DNA of 64,000 nt. Source: a candidate division WOR-3 bacterium (GTDB taxonomy: Bacteria; Hydrothermota; Tepidihabitantia; Tepidihabitantales; Tepidihabitantaceae). The DNA is taken from positions 32,001 to 96,000 of the forward strand of contig CBFGIT010000003.1 of the NCBI GenBank assembly GCA_965648905.1. Direction: 5' to 3'. The number at the start of each line of letters is the position of its first letter. Within the stretch, counting starts at the first letter, position 1. Position numbers and translations under genes: made by a program. This document shows, piece after piece, positions 10,652 through 21,609 of the stretch. The notes beneath the pieces are model-generated. The model saw nothing but the letters and a program-made list of their open reading frames with translations. It did not search any database and had not been told where the DNA came from.

Positions 10652-10903
10652 CTAACCTCGCCCTTGTCCGGAAACAGCGCCTTCAGTCCCGCTTCCGGCG
10701 ACGATGCCGCCGGGCAGGGACTGCCTTTCTCGCTTCCGAGCGAGCAGATTGAACACCGGCCCGGCCGTGAACGCGTCGGCGTGCCGGGTTGGGGCCAAAC
10801 TCATGATGTCTTGTCTGCGGTGCGGCTCAGGCCGTGCCCGCACAAGAGAGGCCGATGCCGCTCCGCTGGCCGGCAGGGCACCTGCCGGCATTCTTGCTGC
10901 CCC

Positions 10904-10986
10904 AAGATAACACCAGGATCCGGTTTGTCAAGCTCGAATCGTCCCAATGTGCCGGATTTGACATCCAAGACATGACCGGCTACAAT
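10904..10986. promoter_or_regulatory. Divergent sigma70-type promoters: minus TTGACA-N16-TATCTT (10931..10904) and plus TTGACA-N17-TACAAT (10958..10986)
   Basis: Near-consensus hexamers in the divergent intergenic region. Confidence 0.6.
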
Positions 10987-11012
10987 TGCCCGGTCTGTTT
11001 GCGGCGAGGGCG

Positions 11013-12002
11013 ATGCTTGGGCATCGTGCCTCGCTTCGTCTTGACAGAAAGAACCGGAGTCAGCTTCTGCGTTACTGCATCGTCGTCTTCACAGCTCTGC
11101 TCGCCGCCGGACCGGTGCCGGCAGCGAGCTTGAGTGACGGTATCGTCCATCAGAGAATCGACCCAAGTCTGCGCGTCGAGGTCAACGGTCAGGAGTACAC
11201 CTGGGGTCAGGTCGGCCGTTTTGTGCTGCCCGGCGACACTCTGCGGCTTCGGATAGTCGGCAGCTCAGCCGGGAGCGGTTGGGTTGCTTCGGCCGGCGAG
11301 TTGTTCGAAGCCGACGGAGCCACGTGCTGGGTAGCACCGGACCAGATCGGGCTGTGTCAGCTTATCACTGCCGTTGGCGCTGCAACCAAACACATCAACG
11401 CCTTCGTCATGATCCCATACGACAGCCTGAAGAATGGCTATCTCCGTGGCGTCCGCGTCGGCAAGTACCCGGGTTCCAGTCCTTTTCCCAATTTTACCAA
11501 GCCGCGTGGATTCATCATGGTCACGCCTGAAGTGCTGGACGTACCCGTGTCCGACCGGTACGTATTGCGGGACTTCGTGCCGAGGCAACCAGAGTGCTTC
11601 CCGAACTTCATGGCCTTGCGTGAGGAACTGCTCATCAAGCTGGAGCTGTTCACCGACCTGGTGCAGGCCCGGGGCTACCAGTGTGACAGACTGACCGTCA
11701 TCAGCGGCTTCCGCTCACCGTATTACAACCGCAGGAACCGCTCCGGGCGCAACAGCGCCCATGTCTATGGCGGTGCGGCCGACCTCATCGTCGATGCCAA
11801 TCACGACGGGCACATGGATGACCTCAATCATGACGGCGCGGTGAACCGGCGTGACTCCAAGCTGCTGGCCGGTCTGGTGGACGAGCTGGAAGAACGGCAT
11901 CCGGAGCTGGTCGGCGGCTGCGGCTGGTATTCACGGACCCGGTACCGGGGTCCTTTCATCCACGTTGATGTCCGCGGCGCGCCGTCGCGCTGGCATCAGT
12001 GA
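11013..12002 (+). CDS. Peptidase M15A-like (D-Ala-D-Ala metallopeptidase family) secreted protein
   Basis: SGFRSPYYN, SAHVYGGAAD and FIHVDVRG zinc-ligand motifs. Ca-binding-like DANHDGHMDDLNHDGAVN. Start uncertain. Confidence 0.75.
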   Translation: MLGHRASLRLDRKNRSQLLRYCIVVFTALLAAGPVPAASLSDGIVHQRIDPSLRVEVNGQEYTWGQVGRFVLPGDTLRLRIVGSSAGSGWVASAGELFEADGATCWVAPDQIGLCQLITAVGAATKHINAFVMIPYDSLKNGYLRGVRVGKYPGSSPFPNFTKPRGFIMVTPEVLDVPVSDRYVLRDFVPRQPECFPNFMALREELLIKLELFTDLVQARGYQCDRLTVISGFRSPYYNRRNRSGRNSAHVYGGAADLIVDANHDGHMDDLNHDGAVNRRDSKLLAGLVDELEERHPELVGGCGWYSRTRYRGPFIHVDVRGAPSRWHQ

Positions 12003-12685
12003 GGACTAGTCCACTTCAGTCAATCAGCCTGATTCTGCTTGCCATTCTGGTGATGGCATGGGCCGAGTTCTACCTGCCGATTCGCGAGGGTCTTCAGGTG
12101 GATATCGTGCAGGTCGCGGTACGGATGTATCGTACCCGGCTGGCAACCGCGGCTCTCCGAGAGCAGCTCCCACTGCTTGGACAGAAGACCGCGGACCTCA
12201 CCGCGCAGTTGCAGGACCTCTCCCGTCAAGTCGCCAGCGCCTTTTCCAACGAGCTGTATCTTGTGGTCAATCCGGCGACAAACCGGTTGGCCATGCGCCG
12301 CGGCCAGAACGTGCTGCTCGAGGCGACGATTTCAACCGGGAGCAATGACTCACTGGCGCGCACGGGCAGGAAATGGGTCTTTCGTACCCCGCGCGGAGCC
12401 ATGACCGTGCTGCGCAAGAAGAAGGACCCGGTCTGGGTGAAACCGGACTGGGCGTTTCTGGAAAAAGGAGAGCCGGTGCCGCCGTGGAACTCGCCCCTGC
12501 GGCGCGAGAAGGGCGTACTCGGTGACTATCTGCTCGATTTGGGTGGCGGAGTAATGATTCACGGCACACCGATGGAGCACCTGCTCGGCCGCAGCGTCAC
12601 GCACGGCTGTATCCGGGTCGGCAGGCAGGACCTGAAAGTGCTGTACGATTCGGTGCCGGTCGGCACCAGGGTGTACATCTTCTGA
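11999..12685 (+). CDS. L,D-transpeptidase (YkuD family)
   Basis: IHGT...SVTHGCIRV catalytic motif, TPRG and PVW.KPDW motifs, N-terminal TM and coiled coil. Confidence 0.88.
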   Translation: MRTSPLQSISLILLAILVMAWAEFYLPIREGLQVDIVQVAVRMYRTRLATAALREQLPLLGQKTADLTAQLQDLSRQVASAFSNELYLVVNPATNRLAMRRGQNVLLEATISTGSNDSLARTGRKWVFRTPRGAMTVLRKKKDPVWVKPDWAFLEKGEPVPPWNSPLRREKGVLGDYLLDLGGGVMIHGTPMEHLLGRSVTHGCIRVGRQDLKVLYDSVPVGTRVYIF

Positions 12686-13338
12686 TGGCGACCGGGTTCA
12701 GGAACCTGCTGAGCGTCCTGGCCACCGTGTTCGCTGGGCTGGCCATCACCCGCCTGGCAGATGCGGTCGGCAAGCGCGAGCTCGTGCGGGCCGCGAGTGA
12801 GGTTCAGGCCGAGCATGACTCGGTGCGGGCTGAGTTCGATGCCCTGGAGTTGACCAGCCGGCGTCTGAAAGAAGACCAGGAGTTCCTGAGCTTTCGACTG
12901 GCCTCTTTCTCCAAGCGGGAGCCGTACTTGATTCTCGAACGGGGACGGAGCCGCCTGACTCTCGCGGTCGGCGACAAGACCATCCTGGAGACAAAGTTCC
13001 GGCTGCGCGGGCCGGAACATGCTCAGGAAGAACTGGCCCGTCTTTCCGGAGCAACGCTCGAAGTACTGGCGACGCGGGCCAACACCAACTGGTATCGGCC
13101 CGACTGGCTCTATCGCCTGGAGGGGGTCGAACCGCCGCGCGACTCTGCGGCCCGCATCGTAGCTAACGCCTTTGGTCCGGGTGAAGTTTTCCTCGGCGGC
13201 GACATCGTCATTCACGGGCCAGCCAGCGAAAACGTGCCGGCTGAGGCGATCGACCACAGCTACATTGAGCTTGACACCAATGCGCTCAAGACCGTGCTCG
13301 AAGCGGTCAAGCCGGGCACCGCGGTGCGCATTCGCTAG
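12685..13338 (+). CDS. L,D-transpeptidase-like paralog lacking the catalytic Cys
   Basis: WYRPDW, IVIHGP and GTAVRI match the upstream paralog, but HGCI is replaced by HSYI. Confidence 0.7.
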   Translation: MATGFRNLLSVLATVFAGLAITRLADAVGKRELVRAASEVQAEHDSVRAEFDALELTSRRLKEDQEFLSFRLASFSKREPYLILERGRSRLTLAVGDKTILETKFRLRGPEHAQEELARLSGATLEVLATRANTNWYRPDWLYRLEGVEPPRDSAARIVANAFGPGEVFLGGDIVIHGPASENVPAEAIDHSYIELDTNALKTVLEAVKPGTAVRIR

Positions 13339-13349
13339 AGTCCCGCCCT

Positions 13350-13377
13350 TTGACTTACCGTCGGCACACGCTAGGCT
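13350..13377 (+). promoter_or_regulatory. Promoter TTGACT-N16-TAGGCT for tRNA-Ser
   Basis: Hexamers about 70 bp upstream of the tRNA. Confidence 0.5.
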
Positions 13378-13447
13378 TAGGGCGCGATGCGCAACATTCG
13401 CTGGCGGAGCAGGACAGCCACGAGCGCAGCACGAAGAACCGCATATC

Positions 13448-13534
<87 letters not shown>

Positions 13535-13640
13535 TTTTACCACTGGATGGAATGGCTGGCGGAAGCATGTCAGCAGATGGGTCGCGACACGGGTTCTTTT
13601 CGGCCACAAGGCCGAAGATTCGCTGTCCGCTGCGCTCCCA

Positions 13641-13660
13641 TTCGAATCCCACCCTCTCCG
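13641..13660 (+). repeat. Exact 20-bp copy of the tRNA-Ser 3' end (att-like)
   Basis: TTCGAATCCCACCCTCTCCG is identical to 13515..13534. Confidence 0.85.
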
Positions 13661-13762
13661 CTCCACTTGTGAAAGACGATGAGCAAGCGCCCGTGACGAA
13701 TCAAGACCCAAGACCCAACACCCGATTCGAACCCGGCGGTACGACGGGCCAGAGGGCACTCT

Positions 13763-16480
13763 ATGCGTGACCGAAAACCGGCCGTACACATCGACCCGGT
13801 CTGCAAGATGCAGGTGACCGGAGGCACCGAGGCAGCCCGGCGTGACTACGACGGCAGAACCTACTACTTCTGCAGCAAGGTGTGCGCCCGGAAGTTCATA
13901 GCCGACCCGGAGCTGTACCTCGGGGCACAGACGAAGTCAGAAGACGCAATGCGGAAGGCAGAGGGCAGCGTTCAGGAGTCGGCCCGAACCATCGATGCCA
14001 AGCCGACGCCGAGCTACCACGTCGACCCGGTCTGTAAGATGCAGGTCATCGAAGGACGCGAGGCCGGCAGGTGGGAGTACAAGGGAAAGGCGTACTACTT
14101 CTGTAACGTGAGCTGCCTGAGGCGGTTCCGGGCTGAACCGGAGAGGTTCCTCAGCGCGGAGAAGTCAGAAATCAGAGTGCAGAATGCAGAAGCCAAGACC
14201 ACGGGACCCGAATCGACATTGCCTGAACCGGTACTGCTTGAAAAGCCCGAACTGGGCAAGACCGAGACCGTCACGCTATCGGTCAGCGGGATGACGTGCG
14301 CCAGTTGTGTGGCAACAGTCGAGAAAGCGTTGAACCGACTCCCCGGTGTGAAGACCGCAACCGTCAACTTCGCCATCGAGAAGGCGATCGTCGAGTTCGA
14401 CCCCAAGGTGACACCGGTCGCGGCACTAAAGCAGGCAGTGACCGAGGTCGGCTACGATGTCCGACCCGACGAAACAGAACTGGATGACCGAGCCGAAGTC
14501 GAGCGTAAGCGGGCGCAGGACCGGCTGCTCTGGGCCTGGTTGCTGGCATTGGTGCCGATGCTCTTCATGGTGCTGCACTGGCTCGGCCTGCACCACATGC
14601 CGTGGATGGTCTGGCTCGACGTGGCGTTCTGCGCCGCGGTGCTCTTTGGTCCGGGCTTGAACACCTTGAAGGGCGCGTGGGGTTCGGTCCGGGCCGGCTC
14701 GGCGTCAATGGACGTGCTGATTGTGCTCGGCACTGGTGCGGCCCTGGTCTCGGGTCTTGCGGTCATCGCCGGCCTGCCCATTAAGAGTTTCGCCGACGTC
14801 GGCGGCATGATTATGGCCGTCAGTCTTACCGGGCGTTACATCGAGGCCCGCGCCAAAGGTCGGGCATCGCAGGCAATCCGCCGGCTCGTAGCCCTTGGTG
14901 CACGTACTGCCCGGGTCCAACTGGTCGACGGCGTTGAGAAAGAAGTCCCGGTTGCACAACTGAAAGTGGGTGACGTGATGGTTGTACGGCCGGGCGAGAA
15001 GATTCCGACCGACGGTCGCATCGTTGAAGGCAGCACCAGCGTGGACGAATCGCTCGCAACCGGCGAGTCGTTGCCGGTCGAGAAGCGGGTCGGCGACCAG
15101 GTCATCGGTGCGACCGTGAACGGCAATGGTTTCATCAAGGTCGAGGCGACCCGAGTGGGCAGGGACACGTTTCTCGCTCAGGTGGTCACGCTGGTCGAGC
15201 AGGCCCAGGGTTCCAAGGTTCCGGTTCAAGCACTCGCGGACCGAATCACGGCAGAGTTCGTGCCGGTCGTACTCGTGGTTGCTCTCGTGACGTTCCTCGT
15301 CTGGCTGTTCCTCGGTCCGAACCTGCGGCCGGTGCTGGTCTGGGCCGGCCGGCTCCTGCCCTGGGTTGACCCGGGCCTGCCCGTGTTTTCGCTGGCGTTC
15401 TCTGCCGCGGTTGCGGTACTCGTAATTGCCTGCCCGTGTGCTCTGGGTCTTGCGACGCCGACTGCCTTGATGGTCGGGTCGGGCATGGGTGCCGAACGCG
15501 GCATCCTGTTCCGGGCAGGTGAAGCGATTCAGACCTTGAAAGACGTCCGCGCGGTCGTTCTTGACAAGACTGGCACAATCACCCAGGGCCGGCCTGCGGT
15601 CACCGACGTCGTGCCCGCACTGGGGACCACGGACACCGACGTACTCACGCTGGCCGCGTCGGTCGAGCAGGGTTCAGAACACCCAATCGCCGAAGCGGTC
15701 GTGGCTGCGGCGCTGGCCCGGAGTCTGAAGCTGCCAGTGGCAACGGACGTGCAGGCAGTTCCCGGACAGGGCGTGAAGGGCCGGGTCAAGGGAGTCGAGG
15801 TCCGGGTCGGCAAGGAACTGCTGCTCAAGGATTGTGGTATCGATTGCCGCGACCTGACCGAAGCAGCCAATCAACTCAAGCAGCGGGCACGAACCGTGCT
15901 CTATGTTGCGGCGAACAACCGGCCGGTCGGCGTCATCGGCGTTGCCGACACGGTCAAACCCGACTCGGTTCGGGCAATTGCCGAGCTGAAAGCCCTGGGC
16001 ATCGTGCCGGTGATGCTGACCGGTGACAATCAGGAGACCGCCACTCAAGTCGGAGCCGAAGCAGGCATCAGTCGCATCATCGCCGAGGTGCTGCCGGCTC
16101 AGAAACAGCAGGTCGTGGAAGAACTGCGGAGAGAATTCGGTACTGTGGCAATGGTCGGCGACGGCATCAACGATGCGCCCGCACTCAAGGCAGCCGATGT
16201 CGGTATTGCCATCGGCACCGGCACGGACGTGGCAATCGAGTCGAGTGACGTGACGCTTGTACGCGGCAGTCTCCTGGGTGTGGTCGCGGCAGTCAAGCTC
16301 TCCCGGGCAACGTTCGCCAAGATACAACAGAACCTGTTCTGGGCCTTCTTCTACAATGTTGGGGCGATTCCGGTTGCGATGCTCGGCCTGCTCCATCCGG
16401 TCATTGCCGAAGTTGCCATGGCCCTAAGCTCGGTGAACGTCGTGACCAATTCCCTGCGTCTGCGCCGCACCCGGTTGTAG
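13763..16480 (+). CDS. copA: Cu(I)-translocating P1B-type ATPase with two N-terminal YHS domains and one HMA domain
   Basis: DPVCKM...YYFC x2, [33 protein letters not shown] and MALSS. Confidence 0.93.
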   Translation: MRDRKPAVHIDPVCKMQVTGGTEAARRDYDGRTYYFCSKVCARKFIADPELYLGAQTKSEDAMRKAEGSVQESARTIDAKPTPSYHVDPVCKMQVIEGREAGRWEYKGKAYYFCNVSCLRRFRAEPERFLSAEKSEIRVQNAEAKTTGPESTLPEPVLLEKPELGKTETVTLSVSGMTCASCVATVEKALNRLPGVKTATVNFAIEKAIVEFDPKVTPVAALKQAVTEVGYDVRPDETELDDRAEVERKRAQDRLLWAWLLALVPMLFMVLHWLGLHHMPWMVWLDVAFCAAVLFGPGLNTLKGAWGSVRAGSASMDVLIVLGTGAALVSGLAVIAGLPIKSFADVGGMIMAVSLTGRYIEARAKGRASQAIRRLVALGARTARVQLVDGVEKEVPVAQLKVGDVMVVRPGEKIPTDGRIVEGSTSVDESLATGESLPVEKRVGDQVIGATVNGNGFIKVEATRVGRDTFLAQVVTLVEQAQGSKVPVQALADRITAEFVPVVLVVALVTFLVWLFLGPNLRPVLVWAGRLLPWVDPGLPVFSLAFSAAVAVLVIACPCALGLATPTALMVGSGMGAERGILFRAGEAIQTLKDVRAVVLDKTGTITQGRPAVTDVVPALGTTDTDVLTLAASVEQGSEHPIAEAVVAAALARSLKLPVATDVQAVPGQGVKGRVKGVEVRVGKELLLKDCGIDCRDLTEAANQLKQRARTVLYVAANNRPVGVIGVADTVKPDSVRAIAELKALGIVPVMLTGDNQETATQVGAEAGISRIIAEVLPAQKQQVVEELRREFGTVAMVGDGINDAPALKAADVGIAIGTGTDVAIESSDVTLVRGSLLGVVAAVKLSRATFAKIQQNLFWAFFYNVGAIPVAMLGLLHPVIAEVAMALSSVNVVTNSLRLRRTRL

Positions 16481-16499
16481 CTGCCAACTGAACCACGTG

Positions 16500-17528
16500 A
16501 TGAGGATAGTGAGCATCGCCGGACTGTTCGCGACCGTGCTCCTGGCGTCGGATACGCTTGACACGACCAAGCCGCGGCCCGATTCACGGATTGTTGTCAT
16601 CTCGTGGGTTGGTGACATCTACCTTGCCGGCTCAGTCAACACCATGGCCCGGTTGAGAGGCATAGACTATGTGCTCGCCGGCGTGAGCGATACGCTCAAG
16701 GCCGACAGCCTGACCGTCGGTAACCTCGAAGGTTCAGTGTCCACAACCGGAAAGCCGGAAAAAGGCAAGCAGTACACGTTTCAGTCGCCACCTGATCTGC
16801 TCGACGGACTGAAGAGCGGCGGTATCGAAATGGTCTCTCTGGCCAATAACCACGTGCTCGACTTCGGCAAAGAGGCGCTCCTGGAGATGCTCGGGCACCT
16901 GAGTGCTGCCGGACTGAGGTTCGGCGGTGCCGGAGTGAGCATCGATTCAGCGTCTGCCCCGGCCCGCTTCACCATCGCCGGGCAGAAGGTGGCAGTCCTC
17001 TGCTTTAGCCGGGTCATCTCAAACCAGAACTGGCACGCGGGTTCATACACACCCGGCGTGGCCGGGGCATACGACCCGACTCGGTTGCTGGCCAGCATCG
17101 CTGCGGCCCGGGACTCAGGTGCGATTGTGGCGGTCTATCTGCACTGGGGCAAGGAAAAGAAGGACCGGCCTGAACCCTACCAGCGGCTCTTGGCTCACCG
17201 CTGCATCGAAGCCGGCGCTCACCTTGTGGTTGGCAGTCATCCCCACGTGCTTCAGGGGTTCGAGTTCTATCAGGGCAGGCTGATTGCCTACAGCCTGGGC
17301 AACTTCGTCTTCTCCAACCGCGACCACCGTCCCACAGTCATTCTCCGGACCACGTTCCGGGGCGACAGTCTTGTCTCAGCTACGATTGTCCCGTGCCGGA
17401 TTTCCTATCTCCGGCCCGAGGTCATCGAGGATAAGACCGACCGACAGCAGCTCTTCGATTATCTGACGTCGATTTCGTCGAACGTTGCTGTCGACCGCGC
17501 GGGTCAGATCGCTCGGTCGCAACCGTAA
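16500..17528 (+). CDS. CapA/PGA_cap family metallophosphoesterase
   Basis: GD, NLE, LANNH.LD, HWG, GSHPHV and YSLGNF motifs. Confidence 0.88.
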   Translation: MRIVSIAGLFATVLLASDTLDTTKPRPDSRIVVISWVGDIYLAGSVNTMARLRGIDYVLAGVSDTLKADSLTVGNLEGSVSTTGKPEKGKQYTFQSPPDLLDGLKSGGIEMVSLANNHVLDFGKEALLEMLGHLSAAGLRFGGAGVSIDSASAPARFTIAGQKVAVLCFSRVISNQNWHAGSYTPGVAGAYDPTRLLASIAAARDSGAIVAVYLHWGKEKKDRPEPYQRLLAHRCIEAGAHLVVGSHPHVLQGFEFYQGRLIAYSLGNFVFSNRDHRPTVILRTTFRGDSLVSATIVPCRISYLRPEVIEDKTDRQQLFDYLTSISSNVAVDRAGQIARSQP

Positions 17529-17533
17529 CAGGC

Positions 17534-18433
17534 TCACTCCAGACAGACGTTTTCGCCGGACTTGCACTCGCCACACTCAAGCTCCAAAGTGACGTGGTTG
17601 AGCGTGAAGTTCTCGGCCAGGGCGCGCTCGAGGCGTGAGAGGAGCGGGTGATATGAACTGACCGGGCCGTCGGTCACCACGAGGTGGGCCATCAGCGCCC
17701 GCTCGCCTTCCCCAAGGGTCCAGATGTGCAGGTCGTGGATATCCTTGATGACCGGGTCGAACCTCAGGACAAACGAACGCACGGCGTCGAAGCTCAGGTC
17801 ATGCGGAGTTGAGTCGATGAGGATGCTCGCCGACTCACGGAACACCGAGTATGCGCCGTACAGTACGAACCCGCTGACCCCAATCGACAGCAGCGGGTCG
17901 ACGAAGTACCAGCCGGTCAGACTGATGATCATGCCGCCGACAAGCACCGCCCCCCACCCAAAGAAATCCTCAAGCAGATGCCACATCGCGGCCCGAATAT
18001 TCAGGCTGGTCTGGTCCCGGCGCAGCAGCAAGACGGCCAGGCCGTTCACTGCCAGGCCGACCACGGCCATGATGATGAGTATCGGGCTCCGGACCGGCTC
18101 GGGGTGGAACAGGCGCACAACCGCGGCCCGGAGCACAAAGGCGGTCAGGCCGACAAGGATCACCGCATTAAGGAAAGCGGTCAGGATGCGTACCTTGCGA
18201 TAGCCGAACGTCCGGCGACGGTTCGGAGCACGCTCCGACATCCGCAGCCCGAAGTACGACAACCCGAGCGCGACCGCATCACTGGCATCGTGCAGCGCGT
18301 CTGCCACGAGCACAAGCGAGTTGGCCACAAGACCAAATACCAGCTCGGCCCCAGCAAAGCCAAGGTTCAAGGCGATGGACAAGAGCAGACTGCGCCCCTG
18401 CCGGACGTGGGCGTGATGGTTGTGGGCTGTCAT
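17534..18433 (-). CDS. czcD: Cation diffusion facilitator (Zn/Co/Cd efflux)
   Basis: His-rich N-terminus, ADALHD, TFGY, N.RAA.WHLLED, HDLHIW. Confidence 0.88.
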   Translation of the reverse strand: MTAHNHHAHVRQGRSLLLSIALNLGFAGAELVFGLVANSLVLVADALHDASDAVALGLSYFGLRMSERAPNRRRTFGYRKVRILTAFLNAVILVGLTAFVLRAAVVRLFHPEPVRSPILIIMAVVGLAVNGLAVLLLRRDQTSLNIRAAMWHLLEDFFGWGAVLVGGMIISLTGWYFVDPLLSIGVSGFVLYGAYSVFRESASILIDSTPHDLSFDAVRSFVLRFDPVIKDIHDLHIWTLGEGERALMAHLVVTDGPVSSYHPLLSRLERALAENFTLNHVTLELECGECKSGENVCLE

Positions 18434-18461
18434 AGGCCGGATATGTTATGCGAACGTGGGG

Positions 18462-19730
18462 TCAGCGCAAGCCTCGCCGGACCAACGCGACCGGCAGCTT
18501 CTCGGTTCGGGATACGCCGCCTTCTCGATACTCAAGCCAGACCGCATAGATCCCGGCTGGCAACCTGTCGCCTCGGTCCTGCCTGCCATCCCAGAACAGA
18601 ACTCCTCGTTCTTCGGTTATGGTCAAGTCCCGGCAGATAGTGCGCACTGCCCTGCCAGCCAGGTCAAACACGGCCACATTCAACCTGCCGCCAGTTTTCG
18701 CGACCCGGTACACGATGACGAGCGTATCTTCGATGCCATCACCATCCGGGCTGAAGCTGAGCCGGTCGAGAGTCAGCAGACGGTCGCTGCCTCCCGGCCG
18801 CAGATAGACACGGCGCAGGTTGTTGAGCGTATCCCGGTCAGCCGGACACAGAAGACACGCTGCCAGGTACGCATTGGTGCGCGGAACCGTGAACTCGACC
18901 GGCAGCAGCGAGTCCTCTCCCGGCTCAAGCTCCCAGCCGGCAAGCGAGTCCACGCGCTCGCCCGGCTCCAGGTGTAGCACCAGCGACCAGGTCTTATCTG
19001 AGACAAAACCCAGATTGGCGACGCGTACACTTGCCCATGCCCGCGTCCTTGGTCGCAACGACTCACCAACGGTCAGCTCGGTCACGGCAAGGTCCAGATA
19101 GGAAAAGATGCTGTTGGGTGAGCCAGGCGTGCATCGGGCCGAATCCAGACAACGCGTCCAGTTCCCGGCCATGTCTTCGTCTTCGACCCGGATTCGTTCC
19201 CACGAAAAGCCGTCACCCGCGTCACCGGGCAGCGAATCGGTCGTGTCGCATGGTGTGCCAAAGGTGCTTGTGTCCTCAAAGCCGTAGGCCGACGATGCTA
19301 CGAGAACCAGCGGGTCGTTGCCAGCCAGACCATTGCCGATGGTTGTGTTGCCGGTTGTCAGTATCAGTGCACCCGGCCCGAACCGGTACGGCTGGACATA
19401 GCCGCCGATCGGATTCGGGTCAGTGTATTCGGAGTCAAGGACCACGGCGAAACAGCCCGGATTCAGCCATGTCGTACCCAGCCGCACTGCCGGATTCTGG
19501 CGCAGAATCGATGAATCGGTCCAGGCAACCAGCCGGTCGGTCGCGTCGCCGTCGTTGATGGTCCAGCCGGCAAGGTCAACTGCATACCGTGACCGATTGT
19601 ACAGCTCTACGAACTCATTGCGGTCCTCGGGTGCATGCGCGCCTGAGGCACCGGCCGGATTCGCCATCACCTCAGTGATGACGACCCGGCTCGTGCTGAC
19701 AATCAGGGTAACCAGCAGTCCGGCGTACAA
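18462..19730 (-). CDS. Secreted lamin-tail-domain protein with FlgD-Ig C-terminal domain
   Basis: VVITEVMANP..EFVELYN..VDLAGW, TPGSPN, FSPDGDG, VFDLAGR, WDGR...GIY. Confidence 0.8.
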   Translation of the reverse strand: MYAGLLVTLIVSTSRVVITEVMANPAGASGAHAPEDRNEFVELYNRSRYAVDLAGWTINDGDATDRLVAWTDSSILRQNPAVRLGTTWLNPGCFAVVLDSEYTDPNPIGGYVQPYRFGPGALILTTGNTTIGNGLAGNDPLVLVASSAYGFEDTSTFGTPCDTTDSLPGDAGDGFSWERIRVEDEDMAGNWTRCLDSARCTPGSPNSIFSYLDLAVTELTVGESLRPRTRAWASVRVANLGFVSDKTWSLVLHLEPGERVDSLAGWELEPGEDSLLPVEFTVPRTNAYLAACLLCPADRDTLNNLRRVYLRPGGSDRLLTLDRLSFSPDGDGIEDTLVIVYRVAKTGGRLNVAVFDLAGRAVRTICRDLTITEERGVLFWDGRQDRGDRLPAGIYAVWLEYREGGVSRTEKLPVALVRRGLR

Positions 19731-19736
19731 CAGTTC

Positions 19737-19764
19737 AGAGTAGTCTCGGGGTTGTCCGTGTCAA
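19737..19764 (-). promoter_or_regulatory. Promoter TTGACA-N16-TACTCT, probably driving a leaderless mRNA
   Basis: Only 6 nt separate the -10 box from the TTG start at 19730. No SD. Confidence 0.55.
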
Positions 19765-19939
19765 GCAGACCGAGGCACTCCGAATCTGGGCATAATTCTG
19801 GGGACAGGTTTGTTAGTCAAGCCGTGCGTTAACTGCTCTCTTCTGTGACAAGGTTGACGACGGCGTCGGCCCGGCTTCTGCTGTCCCGTCGCTTTCGATA
19901 GGTGTGATGGCATGCTGCGACCGTGGGTCGGCCCCACGC

Positions 19940-20850
19940 GTCGGCACTCGCTGTAGCAGCGCCCGTCCCGCACCAAGGCACAAAGCAGCCGCACCAGCCG
20001 GCACGAGACTGCGGTTAGCGCAACGTTCTTCGGCTTGCCCCGCGCCACCAGCCTGGCATAGTACGGCTGCAGCGGCCAGCCGCGCCTGGCGTGCTGCACC
20101 GCCACCATGTACAGCGCCCGCCGCAACTGCGACCGGCCCCGCTTCGAGATGCGCCGGCTGCTCCGATACTGCCCCGAGTTGGTCTGATACAAGAATTGAG
20201 CCCAGCCAGCTTCAGTACTGCGGCCGCACAACTGTACTGCCCAAGCCCACCCGTCTCGGCCAGAATGACCGCAGCGGTCATCGCCCCGACTCCCTTCACA
20301 CTCATCAGGTAACGAGCCTCTGGAAGCTGCTCCAGCAGGCGCGCAATCTCTGCCAAGCCAGCGATGCGCCTCTCGAGCACGGCCAAGGTCGCAAGCATCT
20401 CACTCAGGCTGCGTTCCTGGCCGGCACTGACCGCCAGTGGGCCGATTGACTCATCGCCAGCCGCCTTGAGCCGCTTGAGCTTAGCCAGACTGGCCCGGGC
20501 CGCTCCGTCCCGGATCAGGAGCCGGCGCATCTCAGCCGCAGAGTGCGCCCGAACAGCACCAACCGTGCCGAACCGGCCCAGGACCAATCGGGCACTTGGC
20601 CGCTTGAGGTCAGGAAACACCGTCTCGAACTCAGGAAAAAGCACGTCCACGGTCTGGTGCAGGGCATTGAACCAGCCGGTCTGCTCCTTCACCAGCCGCG
20701 CCCGCAAGTTGACCAGTGCGCGCAGCTCGAGGCAGATGTCGGACAGCTCGACAAAGCCCAGGTATTGGCCCCGGACCACGAGGTCGGCAATGATGAGGGC
20801 GTCCTTACTGTCGCTCGCACCGCTTGAAAGCGGGACAGCTTTCCTGTCAA
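19940..20850 (-). mobile_element. IS110-family transposase remnant (5'-truncated, frameshifted near 20195)
   Basis: D.KDA.IIA, SVKGVG..TAAVILAE and LAGLN in one frame. SG....RISKRG...LRRALY and KPKNVALTAV..RL in another frame. N-terminal RuvC part missing. Confidence 0.85.
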
Positions 20851-21146
20851 GTTCGGCTCCGGCATCGGCATAATCATATAGCACTCATAGCAATTCGGGG
20901 GACATGATACGGGATTTTGGGTTGTCAATATGCGGCCGTGGTCATGCGGCACGAGGCGAAGCCGGCTGGACCTTCCTGTGTTTCACAACGTGAAGAAAGC
21001 GGTGCTGATGAGATAGCCAGTCGCAGACAGCATACGGCACACAGGATACAGGGCAGGGCGGCGAGCGAAATCTTGCCGCCCTGCTCTTGTTCGAATGGGG
21101 CCCACGGCTATGCCAGAAATGGCCGGCCTCTGACCAGAGAGTTCCT

Positions 21147-21422
21147 CCTGCGGCTTGCGGCGCGGATCGGAAGGCGGCTTGCCGAGCGGCTCCTGAAGCG
21201 GATTGGTAAGCGACGCCCGAATCGATTCTGGCTGCGCACCCGAGAGCGCAGTGCCGAGCCACAAGGAGAGCCGAAAGGACTGCGCCTCGGGTCGCGGCAG
21301 CCACCGGGGCTCGGGCCGCGCCGGCCTGAGCCGCAGGGAAAGCCGCAGGGAAAGCCGCACCGAGAGCGCTTCAGGGTTCGCTATGGGTAGCGGTTCCCTG
21401 AGCCGTATGGGGAACCGTTCCC
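21147..21422. repeat. Degenerate 12-bp-period tandem array (23 units)
   Basis: 19 of 23 units have GC(G/C) at positions 4-6. Includes an exact AGCCGCAGGGAA duplication. Confidence 0.6.
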
Positions 21423-21609
21423 CCTGGGGGTTCAGAATACCGGCCCGCTTTCGGCTAACTCCGTGATACTTTGAGGGTTGAGTCTCGAAACCGGCCAAAT
21501 CGCCATTATACAATTTTGCTGGGTGCCCTTGAGTCGCTGTCTGTGAGACGCACAAAGACGCCTCTGCGGTTTCTGCCTGGACGCAGGCCAGCCGCTCGCA
21601 AGTCCCGAG

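Noticed and set aside
13763..18433. Metal-resistance genomic island at tRNA-Ser
   Set aside because: The att-like duplicate lies before copA, not after the metal genes. No integrase or distal att copy seen.
20885..21600. IS110 bridge RNA or intact element end
   Set aside because: The transposase is 5'-truncated and frameshifted, and I could not identify element ends or bridge-RNA loops by eye.
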